From contig JBHIAV010000037.1 in assembly GCA_046758745.1 (NCBI GenBank), positions 1 to 29,872 on the forward strand: a DNA stretch of 29,872 nucleotides, in the 5' to 3' direction. The notes under the pieces were generated by a model, which had not been told where the DNA came from, did not search any database, and saw only the letters and a list, made by a program, of their open reading frames with translations. The DNA is from Gemmatimonadota bacterium. GTDB taxonomy: Bacteria; Gemmatimonadota; Gemmatimonadetes; Palauibacterales; Palauibacteraceae. Positions within the stretch are counted from its first letter, which is position 1. Each line of letters opens with the position of its first letter. The position numbers and the translations under genes are program-made. Positions 16,237-25,315 of the stretch are shown in pieces.

Positions 16237-16469
16237 CGGTCGTGTCTACGCACTCGCTCCTTCACCTGGACCGCCACATCCGCCCCCGGTCCAGCCTGCT
16301 CGACGGGGACATGGTCGATCTGCAATGAGCCGACCTCCTGCTCGAAGTCCGTGGTATGGCCGCGAAACCGCAGGAGATCTCCCACCCTGATCTCCGCCTC
16401 GAGCTTGAGGGCTCCGACCTGAGGCTTGGCGAAGTAGTGGGTGACGATACCGACGAGTTCCTCTTGCAT
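16215..16469 (-). CDS. Translation elongation factor-like small beta-barrel protein (EF-Tu domain II / peptidase U32 C-terminal-like)
   Basis: VGIVTHYFAKPQV..IRVGD..GHTTDFEQEV.SLQIDH..VKERVR.HD.VY. GGAG precedes ATG 16469. Confidence 0.88.
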   Translation of the reverse strand: MQEELVGIVTHYFAKPQVGALKLEAEIRVGDLLRFRGHTTDFEQEVGSLQIDHVPVEQAGPGADVAVQVKERVRRHDRVYKLTP

Positions 16470-16613
16470 AGCTCCAGTTCCTGGCACGAGGTTTCCTGAA
16501 AGGGTCAACGATTCTCTCACCGGGGGCTTGCCATGACCTTTGCCAGGCATCCACGACTCCCCCCAAACATCCCCCATTTAAGTGACCCGCGGACGCTCCG
16601 CTAGACCACTAAG

Positions 16614-16638
16614 AAGCCCGGTCCGGGGCCGGGCTTTC
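16614..16638. terminator. GC-rich hairpin, possible terminator
   Basis: aagcccggtc / ggccgggctt stem with short T-runs on both strands. It lies between divergent genes, so its role is unclear. Confidence 0.35.
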
Positions 16639-16791
16639 GGCCCTTTCCCGATTGCGGCATGTTCGTCGGTGCCGTTCGAGCCAGCCGATGGGCTGCTCGT
16701 TTGTCTACTTTTCCTTGCACGGCCGATGTCGCGGCCGCGGTGAGAACGCTTTCGGCCGCGAGGCCACACCCCTGGAGCGCGCTGACACGAC

Positions 16792-17310
16792 ATGGCCGTT
16801 TCCGTCGCCGGCTCGACGATCATCTATCGAGCGCTGAAGTCGTGCGGCGTCCGCATCGTCTCCGCTCTCCCGGAGACGTGGCTCGTGCACCTCATCCGAA
16901 TGGCCGAAGAGGATCCCGACGTCACGCTTGTTCGTCTGGCCAAGGAGGAGGAAGGGGTGGGGATCTCGGCCGGCGCACATCTGGCGGGGGTGAGATCCGC
17001 CATGCTGATGCAGAACCACGGATTCCTGGCCTCCATCAACGGGATCGTCTCGTGCTCGCAGCTGTACCGGATCCCCCTGCTCATGCTCATCAGCCACCGG
17101 GGCGAGTTCGGCGAGCGGGATCCGTGGCAGACGGAGGGCGGACTGGCTACGGAGCCTCTGCTCGACGCCCTCCGCATTCCCTACGAGTATCTCGAGGCGC
17201 CGGATCACGTGGCCGGCCGCGTGGAGAGGGCGCAGACGCTGGCCTACTCGGGCAACCGGCCGGTGGCGCTGCTGCTGCGGCGGAGTCTGATGTGGGAGGA
17301 GGGGAGATGA
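16792..17310 (+). CDS. comD: Sulfopyruvate decarboxylase alpha-like subunit (TPP enzyme, PYR domain)
   Basis: SALPETWL, AKEEEGVGISAGAHLAG, LMQNHG and ISHRG. This is a family-level call and the substrate is uncertain. Confidence 0.85.
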   Translation: MAVSVAGSTIIYRALKSCGVRIVSALPETWLVHLIRMAEEDPDVTLVRLAKEEEGVGISAGAHLAGVRSAMLMQNHGFLASINGIVSCSQLYRIPLLMLISHRGEFGERDPWQTEGGLATEPLLDALRIPYEYLEAPDHVAGRVERAQTLAYSGNRPVALLLRRSLMWEEGR

Positions 17311-17909
17311 AGCGCGTCGAAGCGCTTCAGGCGATCTATCCGGACCTCGAGAACTGCATCGTGGTGACCATCATGGGCGCGGTCGCCGCGGAGCTGCAGT
17401 CCCTCGGGCACCGGCCGAACTTCTTCTACCTCCAGCACGCCATGGGGCTCGCCTCTTCCCTCGGCCTCGGGATCGCCCTGGCCAGGCCAGAGCTGCGCGT
17501 GGTCGTCCTGGACGGCGACGGCTCGGTGCTGATGAATCTGGGTGGGCTGACGACGCTCGCGCGTTACCGACCGGCGAATCTGGCGCATGTCATCTTCGAC
17601 AACGAGAGCCTGCTCTCCGTGGGAGGCTTCCCGACCGCGACGGCCACCGGAAGCGACCTCGGGGGCATCGCGGCGGCCGCCGGTGTGCCTCGCACCGCGA
17701 CGGTACGCGACGTGGAGAGCTTCGCCGAGGCCGTACGGGAAGCGCTCGAGGCCGGGCAGCTGACCACGATCGTGGCCAAGGTCGAGGCGGTGGGGCCGAG
17801 CGCCTTCGTCACCGACCTCGGGCTTCTCGAGAACCGGTTCCAGTTCGCCCGGCATCTGCGGAGCCTCCAATCCACGTCCTCGAGAAGCGAAGCAGGAGAC
17901 GTTCCATGA
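17307..17909 (+). CDS. comE: Sulfopyruvate decarboxylase beta-like subunit (TPP-binding PP domain)
   Basis: ATGA overlap with the alpha gene, AMGLASSLGLG and the TPP motif DGDGSVLMN...FDN. Family-level call. Confidence 0.85.
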   Translation: MKRVEALQAIYPDLENCIVVTIMGAVAAELQSLGHRPNFFYLQHAMGLASSLGLGIALARPELRVVVLDGDGSVLMNLGGLTTLARYRPANLAHVIFDNESLLSVGGFPTATATGSDLGGIAAAAGVPRTATVRDVESFAEAVREALEAGQLTTIVAKVEAVGPSAFVTDLGLLENRFQFARHLRSLQSTSSRSEAGDVP

Positions 17910-18682
17910 CCGTACTGCAAGAGCTGGTCGAGGGGCTGGCCCGCGGGCGGCTGCGGGTCGTCGACCTCACGCAGCCGCTCGGGCCGGACACCCCGGTGAT
18001 CGGGCTGCCGCCGATCTTCGCCTCCTCGCCCGGTGTCACGCTGGAGGTGATCTCGCGGTACGACGACAGGGGACCCGCGTGGTACTGGAACACGCTACGC
18101 CTCGGCGAGCACACCGGGACGCACTTCGACGCCCCCGTGCACTGGATCACGGGGAAGGACCTGCCGGACAACGCCTGCGACACGATCCCCGCGGAGCGAT
18201 TCATCGGTCCGGCGTGCGTGATCGACCTGGTGGAGGAGGTGGAGCGGGATCCGGACTATCTGCTGACCGGCGATCGCGTCCTCGACTGGGAGTCCGAGCA
18301 CGGGCGGATTCCGGGCGGCGCCTGGGTGCTGCTGCACACCGGGTGGAGTGAGCGCCGGGAGCCCGAGCGCTTCCTCAACGTGGCCGAGGATGGGCCGCAC
18401 AGCCCGGGTCTCCATCCATCCGCCTCCGAGCTGCTCGCGCACGAGCGCGAAGTGCTCGGCGTGGGGGTGGAGACGGTCGGCACCGATGCGGGTCAGGCGG
18501 GCGGCTTCGACCCCCCGTTCCCAAACCACTCGATCATGCACGGTGCCGGGAGGTTCGGGCTGGCCAGCCTGCGCAACCTCACCGGCTTCCGCCGACCGGC
18601 GCCGCTCAAGATCGTGGGGGGGAGCGGAAGTCCGGTCCGCGTCCTCGCGCTCGTTCCGGCTGGCGAGGACGACGCGCGCTGA
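17906..18682 (+). CDS. Cyclase-family metal-dependent amidohydrolase (kynurenine formamidase / isatin hydrolase-like); C-terminus possibly damaged
   Basis: VVDLTQPL, YWNTLRLGEHTGTHFDAPVH (ExHxGTHxDAPxH), GVETVGTDAGQA and PLKIVGGSGSPVR. ATGA overlap with the beta gene. Confidence 0.9.
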   Translation: MTVLQELVEGLARGRLRVVDLTQPLGPDTPVIGLPPIFASSPGVTLEVISRYDDRGPAWYWNTLRLGEHTGTHFDAPVHWITGKDLPDNACDTIPAERFIGPACVIDLVEEVERDPDYLLTGDRVLDWESEHGRIPGGAWVLLHTGWSERREPERFLNVAEDGPHSPGLHPSASELLAHEREVLGVGVETVGTDAGQAGGFDPPFPNHSIMHGAGRFGLASLRNLTGFRRPAPLKIVGGSGSPVRVLALVPAGEDDAR

Positions 18683-18751
18683 CGGACAGAGGCCGTTCTC
18701 GGCAGGCCGCTGCCCGGGCGGGCGCCGGGGCAGCGGCCACGCGCAGCCTGA

Positions 18752-20095
18752 TCACACGCCCGCCATGACACCCAGGAGATCCGTCAGCACCCACCAAACG
18801 CCCACGGCCAGGACGGCTCCCGGTACGGCGTAGCGCATCCAGTAGTACAGCCAGAGCGGAAACGGCTCTCCTCCCCCGGCGGCCAGCTCCCGGAGCGCCT
18901 CCGCCCGCCCGATCACCCAGACGATCGTGACCACGGCCACCAGCGCGCCGAGCGTCTGCATTCCCGAGCCGAAGGTGAGGTCCCACGCAAAGAAGACGTT
19001 CATGTTCAGCGACGGGGGGAGGGAGAGCAGGAAGACCGCGGAGGCCATCCACCACACGGCGGCCCGTCGGCCCAGCCGCGTATTGTCGGTGAGCCCGGCC
19101 ACCAGCACCTCGAAGGCGGCGACGTCGGAGAGGTAGGCCGCGCCGAGGAGCGCCGCGAAGAAAAGAAAGCCGAAGAGCCAGCCGGCGGGAATCTCCCGGA
19201 ACACGGCGGGCAGCGTCGAGAAGAGCAGTCCCGGGCCGCTGCTCGCCTCGTGACCGAGCGCGAAGACCGCCGGGATGATGGCGAGCCCCGCCAGCAGCCC
19301 GGCCGCCGTGTCGCCGAACGCCGTCCATCCCGCGCTGCGCCGGAGATCGTCCCGATCTCCGAGGTAGGAGCCGTACACCACCATGAACGTGCCACCCAAC
19401 GAGAGCGAGAAGATGGCCTGTCCCATGGCGGCCACCATCACCCTGGGGGTCAGGTCGCCCGGATCGAAGCGCAGGAGGTACCAGCGAATCCCCTCCGCCG
19501 CCCCGGGGAGCGTCACGGATCGCACCACGAGGACGACCAGCGCGGCGAACAGCGCGGGCGTGATGAACCGGCTCACCCTCTCGATCCCGCGACGCAAGCC
19601 GCGCAGCAGCACGGCCGCGCAGGCGAGGATGACCAGCCCGGTGGCCAGCGCCTGGAGGGCGAACGACCGGAGGTCGAAGCCGGAGGCGGGCGGCAGGATG
19701 GCGGAGGCGGCGAGGGTGCGGCCCTTTCCGAGCGCGAGCTGCCCGACGGCGTGGTACGCTACCCAGCCGATGACGCTCGTATAGTAGGCGGTCGCTGCCG
19801 CCACCACGAAGAAGAAGAACCACCCGATGCTCCGGCCCAGGGGAAGCCCGGCCGCCGCGAAGGCGCCCACCGGGCCGCGGCGCGTGTGGCGGCCGAGGGC
19901 CCACTCGGCCATGAGGGCCGGCACGCCTACGAACACGACGACCGCGACGTAGAAGGTCACGAAGGCCAGGCCGCCGAACTTGCCGACCATGTACGGGAAC
20001 CTCCACACGTTCCCGAGCCCCACCGCCACGCCGATCATGGTCATGGCCAGGCCGAAGCGGGACCCGGAGAAGGTCTCGCGACCGGACCGGATCAC
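18752..20095 (-). CDS. Sodium-dependent transporter, NSS/SNF family
   Basis: RETF..SRFG, GVAVGLGNVWRFPY, AMGQAIFSLSLG and GPGLLF, with many TM helices. Confidence 0.95.
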   Translation of the reverse strand: MIRSGRETFSGSRFGLAMTMIGVAVGLGNVWRFPYMVGKFGGLAFVTFYVAVVVFVGVPALMAEWALGRHTRRGPVGAFAAAGLPLGRSIGWFFFFVVAAATAYYTSVIGWVAYHAVGQLALGKGRTLAASAILPPASGFDLRSFALQALATGLVILACAAVLLRGLRRGIERVSRFITPALFAALVVLVVRSVTLPGAAEGIRWYLLRFDPGDLTPRVMVAAMGQAIFSLSLGGTFMVVYGSYLGDRDDLRRSAGWTAFGDTAAGLLAGLAIIPAVFALGHEASSGPGLLFSTLPAVFREIPAGWLFGFLFFAALLGAAYLSDVAAFEVLVAGLTDNTRLGRRAAVWWMASAVFLLSLPPSLNMNVFFAWDLTFGSGMQTLGALVAVVTIVWVIGRAEALRELAAGGGEPFPLWLYYWMRYAVPGAVLAVGVWWVLTDLLGVMAGV

Positions 20096-20116
20096 CGGGC
20101 CACGCGAATGGGAGTT

Positions 20117-21352
20117 CTACTCGCGGAAGGCCTCGGCCAGGGCGTCGAGGGCCGCATCGACATCGCCGAGGGTCGAATAGAAGTGCGGGGCAAGTCGAAT
20201 GGCGGGGCCGCGCGCGGAGGCGATGATGCCCCGCCGCCTGAGCCGCCTCTCGATCTCGTGCGAGTCGACGCCGATCCCGGGCGGTATGAGGAAGGCGGTC
20301 GATGCGGTCCGCCGATCCACATCCTCGGTCCCGAGCAGCTCCAAGCCGCGCGCCCGACCGCCGTCGATGAGCCGCCGGGCGAGGGCCGCGTGCCACTCTC
20401 GGATGCGCTCCGGGCCCACCTCGCGAATGATCCGCACCCCGGCCCGGCAGACGTACGCGTTGATGAGCGGCGGCGTGCCGGTGTCGAAGCGGCGCGCCTC
20501 GCCTGGCCAGTCCAGCTCGGATGTCCCGAAGGCGTACGGATCGACGCGCCCGAACCAGCCGGTCACCGTCGGATACAGCTCGGCGATGAGCGCCTCCCGC
20601 ACGTAGAGGAAGGCGAGCCCCGGGATGCCCATCAGGAACTTGAGGCAGCCGGAGGCGAGAAAGTCCACCTCCAGCGATTTTACGTCGACCGGACGTGTGC
20701 CGAGCGTCTGATACGCGTCCACGAAGACGAGCGCGCCTCGCTCGTGCGCCATCCGAGCGATGGCCCGGATGTCCTGGACGAAGCCCGTCTGGTAGTACCC
20801 GTGGCAGGCCGACACGATGAGCGTATCGCCGTCGATCGCCCCGTCGTAGTCCTGCGGATGGAGCACCCCGTCGTGCACGGGGACATAGCGCACCCGCGCG
20901 CCTCGGGCCTGCTGCGCCAGCCACACGTGCGAGACGGTGGGAAACTCGGCGCCGGAGATCACCACCCCGCTCCGGCCGCTCGTGAAGTCGAGGGCGCTGG
21001 CCAGGCCGCTCGTCGCCACCGAGACCGAGGTGGACACGGCCACCTCCTCGGGCCGCGCTCCGATGAGCGAGGCGAAGTCGGCCCGTGCCCCTTCGACCTC
21101 TTCGATCCATGCATCCCAGTCCATCCCGGCGCGGTCCCAGGAGTCGAGATATTCGAGGGCCGCAGATCGAGTACGCTCCGTCTGCGGCGCCTGCGAGCAG
21201 TTGTTCATCGGGATCGCCCGCCGGAGGAGCGGGATCTCTCGCCGCCACGCCTCCAGGTCGTAGCCGGGGACCGGGGGTCGAGCGCCGCTCACGCCCGCGG
21301 GCCGCGCCCGCTCATCGCTCACGTCTGGGCCCCGTCCTCGCTCCTCGCTCAC
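20117..21352 (-). CDS. Aminotransferase class V PLP-dependent enzyme (kynureninase / cysteine desulfurase-like)
   Basis: MNNCSQAP, EFPTV, FVDAYQTLG, ASGCLKFLMG (PLP Lys), RRFDTGTP and IRLAPHFY. Three in-frame GTG starts (21352, 21322, 21292). Confidence 0.92.
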   Translation of the reverse strand: MSEERGRGPDVSDERARPAGVSGARPPVPGYDLEAWRREIPLLRRAIPMNNCSQAPQTERTRSAALEYLDSWDRAGMDWDAWIEEVEGARADFASLIGARPEEVAVSTSVSVATSGLASALDFTSGRSGVVISGAEFPTVSHVWLAQQARGARVRYVPVHDGVLHPQDYDGAIDGDTLIVSACHGYYQTGFVQDIRAIARMAHERGALVFVDAYQTLGTRPVDVKSLEVDFLASGCLKFLMGIPGLAFLYVREALIAELYPTVTGWFGRVDPYAFGTSELDWPGEARRFDTGTPPLINAYVCRAGVRIIREVGPERIREWHAALARRLIDGGRARGLELLGTEDVDRRTASTAFLIPPGIGVDSHEIERRLRRRGIIASARGPAIRLAPHFYSTLGDVDAALDALAEAFRE

Positions 21353-21415
21353 GCCCGGGTGCCGCGGCCGCTCATCGGTGACGCCAGCCCATGTCCTCGC
21401 CCGTCGCTCACGCCG
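21286..21415. repeat. Degenerate ~30-bp tandem repeats at the junction of the cupin and PLP-enzyme genes
   Basis: cgctcacg at 21286, 21316, 21346 and 21405, with cggtgacg at 21376 (periods 30, 30, 30, 29). Alternate units are more alike. Confidence 0.8.
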
Positions 21416-21899
21416 GGGCGCCCGGCTCGACCGTCGGGGTGAAGCGGGACGAGGGAACCGGAGCTTCCGCCGCGCGATCGTACGCGATGATGTTCTCCCA
21501 TTCGCTCGCGTCCGAGCGCGCCACCACCGCCACGACCGGTTCCGTATCGCTCATGTTGAAGACCTCATGCGGCACGCCGGGCTCGATGTAGATGAAATCG
21601 CCGGGCCCGTTCTCGACGACCTCCCGGCAGCCCGGGCCGTACTCGTGGCGCACCCTGCCCTCGAGGATGTACAGCATGACCTCGAAGTTCAGGTGAATGT
21701 GCGCCCGCGCGACGCCACCGGGAGGAATGGTCGCGACGTTCATGGAGAGCTCGCGGGCGTCCACGTTCTTCGCCGATAGCCCGGCCCGATAGAGGATCCC
21801 GTTCCACCCGCGGACCGTCTTGTTCGCTCGCAGGACATGGATACCGGCTCCGTGCTCGACGACGCTCCGAAGGTCCACCGTTTCGCCCGATCCGTCCAT
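21408..21899 (-). CDS. Cupin domain protein
   Basis: GGAGG SD before ATG 21899. Motif 1 PPGGVARAHIHLNFEVMLYILEG and motif 2 GDFIYIEPGVPHEVFN. Confidence 0.92.
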   Translation of the reverse strand: MDGSGETVDLRSVVEHGAGIHVLRANKTVRGWNGILYRAGLSAKNVDARELSMNVATIPPGGVARAHIHLNFEVMLYILEGRVRHEYGPGCREVVENGPGDFIYIEPGVPHEVFNMSDTEPVVAVVARSDASEWENIIAYDRAAEAPVPSSRFTPTVEPGAPA

Positions 21900-22195
21900 T
21901 TGGTCCTCCCACCGTGCATGGTACAAGAGGGGTGCAACCTGCCCCGTGCGAGCCATCACTGGCAAGCGGGATCGGCCCCGCTCCGGTGCTGCCTGATCGA
22001 TCTATAGGGGCCTTCGGAATGACCTCCGACCTCCTCCCCGGGTTGGCTCCCGGCGACACGAGTACAGGATCTATCGAGAATATGCGGAGCCGCGCGCTCC
22101 TCGCCTCGTCATCGCCTGCCTATGGGTGGCGAGTGACGTCGACAACGCCCTGCATTTCAAGCGCTGGCTCACCGACGAGAAGGCCGAGCCGCCGC

Positions 22196-23938
22196 TCAGG
22201 GTCCCACCAGCACCTCCGTGAACGATCCCGAAACGATGCCATAGTCCGGCATCGTCGGGTAGCACGGCACTTCGGAGGTCCGGAGCTCCGTATCGTAGTT
22301 GTAGTACCGCGGGTGTCCGTACGCGGACCATACCCCCGAGTTCGGCGAGGTCCTCGTCACGAGGTTGCCATCGTTGCGGAGCGTCCACGCCCTCAGGACG
22401 TTGTTCTCGTTCCGATCGCCGGGCCTCCCCACGAACGTGTTTCCTTCCAGGACGCCATCCCCGTCCAGGTCATACTTGCGAGTGGCGGGCGGGAGGTCTC
22501 CGCGATTGTTCGCCCAGTAGTTGAACTGGTGCGTGGAGGGGCTCCTGCCATACGGACTCCAGGTCCCGTTCACGGCCAGCACGGCGGCTTCGATGAAGAT
22601 CGCTCGCGGCGAATAGCTGTCGATCCGAACGTTGTTCCGGGCGACCAGCGCCATCCGTACGGGCAATCCACTCTCGTTCTCGCCGGCGAAGATGTTGTGG
22701 TCGATATAGATGTTCCCGCTCGAATAGATGCCGAGGTTCACTCCCCTCCCGGCCGGCGCCAGCTTGCCGTCGACCGACCCGCCGTTCGCACCATCTTCGA
22801 ACCTGTCGAGCCGGTTGTTGCTGTACAGATTCACGGGTACGGTGGGTGGCGTCATGTAGTTGCGCGTATCGGTCACGGTCGCGTCCTCCACCGACCGCCC
22901 TCCCAGATGTCCCCACACGTGAAGCTCGCCGTCCACAAATAGAACTCCGTTGAAGTCGGTGAGCGGAGTGCCGTCGAATCCGATGAGCGGAGCTCCGGCA
23001 TACCTGATGGGGGAGGCGCTGAAGTCGAACAGGGTGAGGTCGATGACCGTGCAGGAAGGACCGTCTCGGCACCCCGATCTGTTCGAGGGCTTTCTGCCGC
23101 CCGTGTTCCGGAACAGATCGGCCGTCTGCCGGCCGACGGCAGAGAACCCGTCCTGACCGATGTACAGCCCGCGACCGGCCGTGCACACGCCCGCGTTCTT
23201 GGATGCCTGCTCGAAGAACGTCATATCCGCCAGATCCGTCATCGAAGGTTTGGGATCTACGCGCGAGTGCCCCTGACGGAAATCGCCCCACGCGGTATTG
23301 CGAATCAGGCGTGCGTATTCGACCCGCTGCATCAGCGTGATGTTCGGTCCGGTCAGTGTGATGACATTCCCGCTGTACAGCCGACCCCCGATTGTGATGT
23401 TCGCACCGATATAGATGTTCCACTCGGAGTAGACCGCGAAATCGAGGAGGCTCACCACATCGACCACCGCCTGATATGTGGTGGAACTGCCGTCGAGCAA
23501 GGTGGAGGTCGTCTGGATGGTGTAAGGTGGAGGGCCTCGGGTCGGATTGGTGTTCAGCACGCGCGCTGTGAGGGATCCGACCACCTCATCGCCGGTGCTC
23601 AGCGGAGCGACCAACGACCTCACGGTGAAAACGGCGGAATCCGGCCCGAGTAGCTGATAGGACGCGGGATCGAACAGGTAGCGCGGAGACCGCAACTGAT
23701 CGTTCTGGCGACCGACAATCTCCTCTATGGCCGATTCGGCAAGATATTTCGCTTCGACGCTCCTCTGAAAGTTGCTGCTCACCCTCGATTCGGGAAGCGA
23801 GATGGCGACCGCCATGCTGCCTAATGCGAAGAGGATCAGCGTGACCAGCAACGCCAGGATCAGCGCTGCCCCTCGTTCGTTCGCCGAGAGCGCGCCTCGA
23901 ACGACAAGAATCCTCTTCCCTTCGACTACGATCAGCAT
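22196..23938 (-). CDS. pilX: PilX-like minor pilin with a large C-terminal domain
   Basis: NERG/AALILALLVTLILFALG (no Glu5) and AKYLAESAIE, last gene of the minor pilin operon. Has a C-terminal extension of more than 400 aa with YDLDGDG and YNYD. Confidence 0.8.
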   Translation of the reverse strand: MLIVVEGKRILVVRGALSANERGAALILALLVTLILFALGSMAVAISLPESRVSSNFQRSVEAKYLAESAIEEIVGRQNDQLRSPRYLFDPASYQLLGPDSAVFTVRSLVAPLSTGDEVVGSLTARVLNTNPTRGPPPYTIQTTSTLLDGSSTTYQAVVDVVSLLDFAVYSEWNIYIGANITIGGRLYSGNVITLTGPNITLMQRVEYARLIRNTAWGDFRQGHSRVDPKPSMTDLADMTFFEQASKNAGVCTAGRGLYIGQDGFSAVGRQTADLFRNTGGRKPSNRSGCRDGPSCTVIDLTLFDFSASPIRYAGAPLIGFDGTPLTDFNGVLFVDGELHVWGHLGGRSVEDATVTDTRNYMTPPTVPVNLYSNNRLDRFEDGANGGSVDGKLAPAGRGVNLGIYSSGNIYIDHNIFAGENESGLPVRMALVARNNVRIDSYSPRAIFIEAAVLAVNGTWSPYGRSPSTHQFNYWANNRGDLPPATRKYDLDGDGVLEGNTFVGRPGDRNENNVLRAWTLRNDGNLVTRTSPNSGVWSAYGHPRYYNYDTELRTSEVPCYPTMPDYGIVSGSFTEVLVGP

Positions 23939-23951
23939 CAAGGACCAGCCA

Positions 23952-24899
23952 TCAGGGTGCCGCGATCATGTTTCTCGGAACCACGTCCGTCTCCAGCGTA
24001 ACGCGAGGTCTCGAAGAGTTCCGGCCGATCCGGACCGCTTCGCCCGTGACCGAGACTCGGATCCACTTGATGGCCCGCCGCTCCTGTGGCGTCGAGGGAA
24101 AGAAAGGCGCGGGCGACGCTGCGAATGCATCCTGACTCTCGTCGAAGTAGGAGAAGCGGAGGTCGGTGATTCCCTCGACGAATCGTACCCAGCCGCCGTC
24201 ATCCACCCGCCTCTCCAAGAACGGCACGTCACCGTTCCGGTTCACTCGATAACGAACTTCATTCAACAGGAGCACCCGTGTGGGATTCGAGCCCGTTGTC
24301 GGAAAATCGAACACCAGCGTGTCGTTGGCGAAGACCAGCGTGTCGGCCACGATGGCGGTCAGCGTGACGACCTGGCTGTTGCCGGAGTTCGGATCGAACA
24401 GAATCAGTCGGGATCCGGCTGCGAGCGACGAGGGATCCCAGCCCGCCTCGACCGCGACGTCCGTCGAGCCGACGTCGCCGTTCTGCGGGACCGCCGCATT
24501 CAGTGAGAGCTGCACACCGGGAACGGCCGGGTCCGGAATGGAGAGGAGGGAGATCGTGCCGTCGGTAAAGGTGTTCACGGAGACGGAGCCGTCGTTCGGG
24601 ACGATGAGGTCCGGAACTTCGAGGTCGTAGTTGTTGAGTCCCCTCCCCACCAGCCGGATGTCGGAAGACAGGCGATGCAGAGCGGCGCGGGTGTTCTGCC
24701 GGACGCCTAGCATGTCCGTCTGCCGGTTGAAGAAAGCGGTTTGCGTGAGAAGGAATCGCGTGGCCGCGATTCCGATGGCAGAGAAGATGACGAGGACGAG
24801 CATGAGCTCGACCAGCGTGAACCCGCCCTCGTCGGCGCCGCGCAGCGCAGCGACGGCGTGCCGCCGCGATCCGACTCGGCTCGAGGGTCGTGTGAACAT
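23952..24899 (-). CDS. pilW: PilW-like prepilin-type N-methylation domain protein
   Basis: G/FTLVELMLVLVIF, QNTRAALHRLSSDIRLVG, EGITDLRFSY and ETDVVPRN. Confidence 0.85.
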   Translation of the reverse strand: MFTRPSSRVGSRRHAVAALRGADEGGFTLVELMLVLVIFSAIGIAATRFLLTQTAFFNRQTDMLGVRQNTRAALHRLSSDIRLVGRGLNNYDLEVPDLIVPNDGSVSVNTFTDGTISLLSIPDPAVPGVQLSLNAAVPQNGDVGSTDVAVEAGWDPSSLAAGSRLILFDPNSGNSQVVTLTAIVADTLVFANDTLVFDFPTTGSNPTRVLLLNEVRYRVNRNGDVPFLERRVDDGGWVRFVEGITDLRFSYFDESQDAFAASPAPFFPSTPQERRAIKWIRVSVTGEAVRIGRNSSRPRVTLETDVVPRNMIAAP

Positions 24900-24901
24900 G
24901 G

Positions 24902-25315
24902 CTACGGACTCCGGTTCGCGTAGAAGAGCTTCAGGGCAACCTCCGTGGAGCTGGACGGCCCGGGGGGCACGCGACGCAACCGGAAGTCCATCTGTTTGAG
25001 TTTCCCGAGAACCACCTCCGTGACGGTCCAGGTCGCCTCCAGCGTCACGCCGCCTCCGATGTCCTTGGTTCGGCGGCCGCTGGTTAGGTGCGCGTAGGGA
25101 ACCGACCGCGCATCCTCCAGGATCTGCTGCATGAAGAAGGCGCTCTCCGTGCGCGTTCGGCTGCCTCTGTCGATCCTCACCAGCTCGGACAGCACCCCTC
25201 CCGTCCCGATTACCACGAAGGTCAGAACCACGATCGCGATCATCGTCTCGACGAGGGTGAACCCATCCTGCCTCCGGCCCCTCCTGGACATCCGGATGCG
25301 GCGTGCCGCGCTCAT
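24902..25315 (-). CDS. pilV: PilV-like prepilin-type protein
   Basis: G/FTLVETMIAIVVL, short length and an ATGA overlap with the upstream gene. Confidence 0.82.
   Translation of the reverse strand: MSAARRIRMSRRGRRQDGFTLVETMIAIVVLTFVVIGTGGVLSELVRIDRGSRTRTESAFFMQQILEDARSVPYAHLTSGRRTKDIGGGVTLEATWTVTEVVLGKLKQMDFRLRRVPPGPSSSTEVALKLFYANRSP

Noticed and set aside
16659-17306. N-terminal extension of the comE-like ORF (416 aa)
   Set aside because: It overlaps the comD-like gene in another frame. The real start is ATG 17307, with an SD and an ATGA overlap.
16792-17909. Coenzyme M or phosphonate biosynthesis cluster
   Set aside because: No comA/B/C or PEP mutase gene is present in the window.
18606-21442. 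Very long alternative ORFs (880 aa minus, 730 aa plus)
   Set aside because: These are Arg/Gly/Pro-rich shadow frames overlapping well-supported genes, as expected in high-GC DNA. The same holds for 926-2446, 7408-8793 and 27267-28991.
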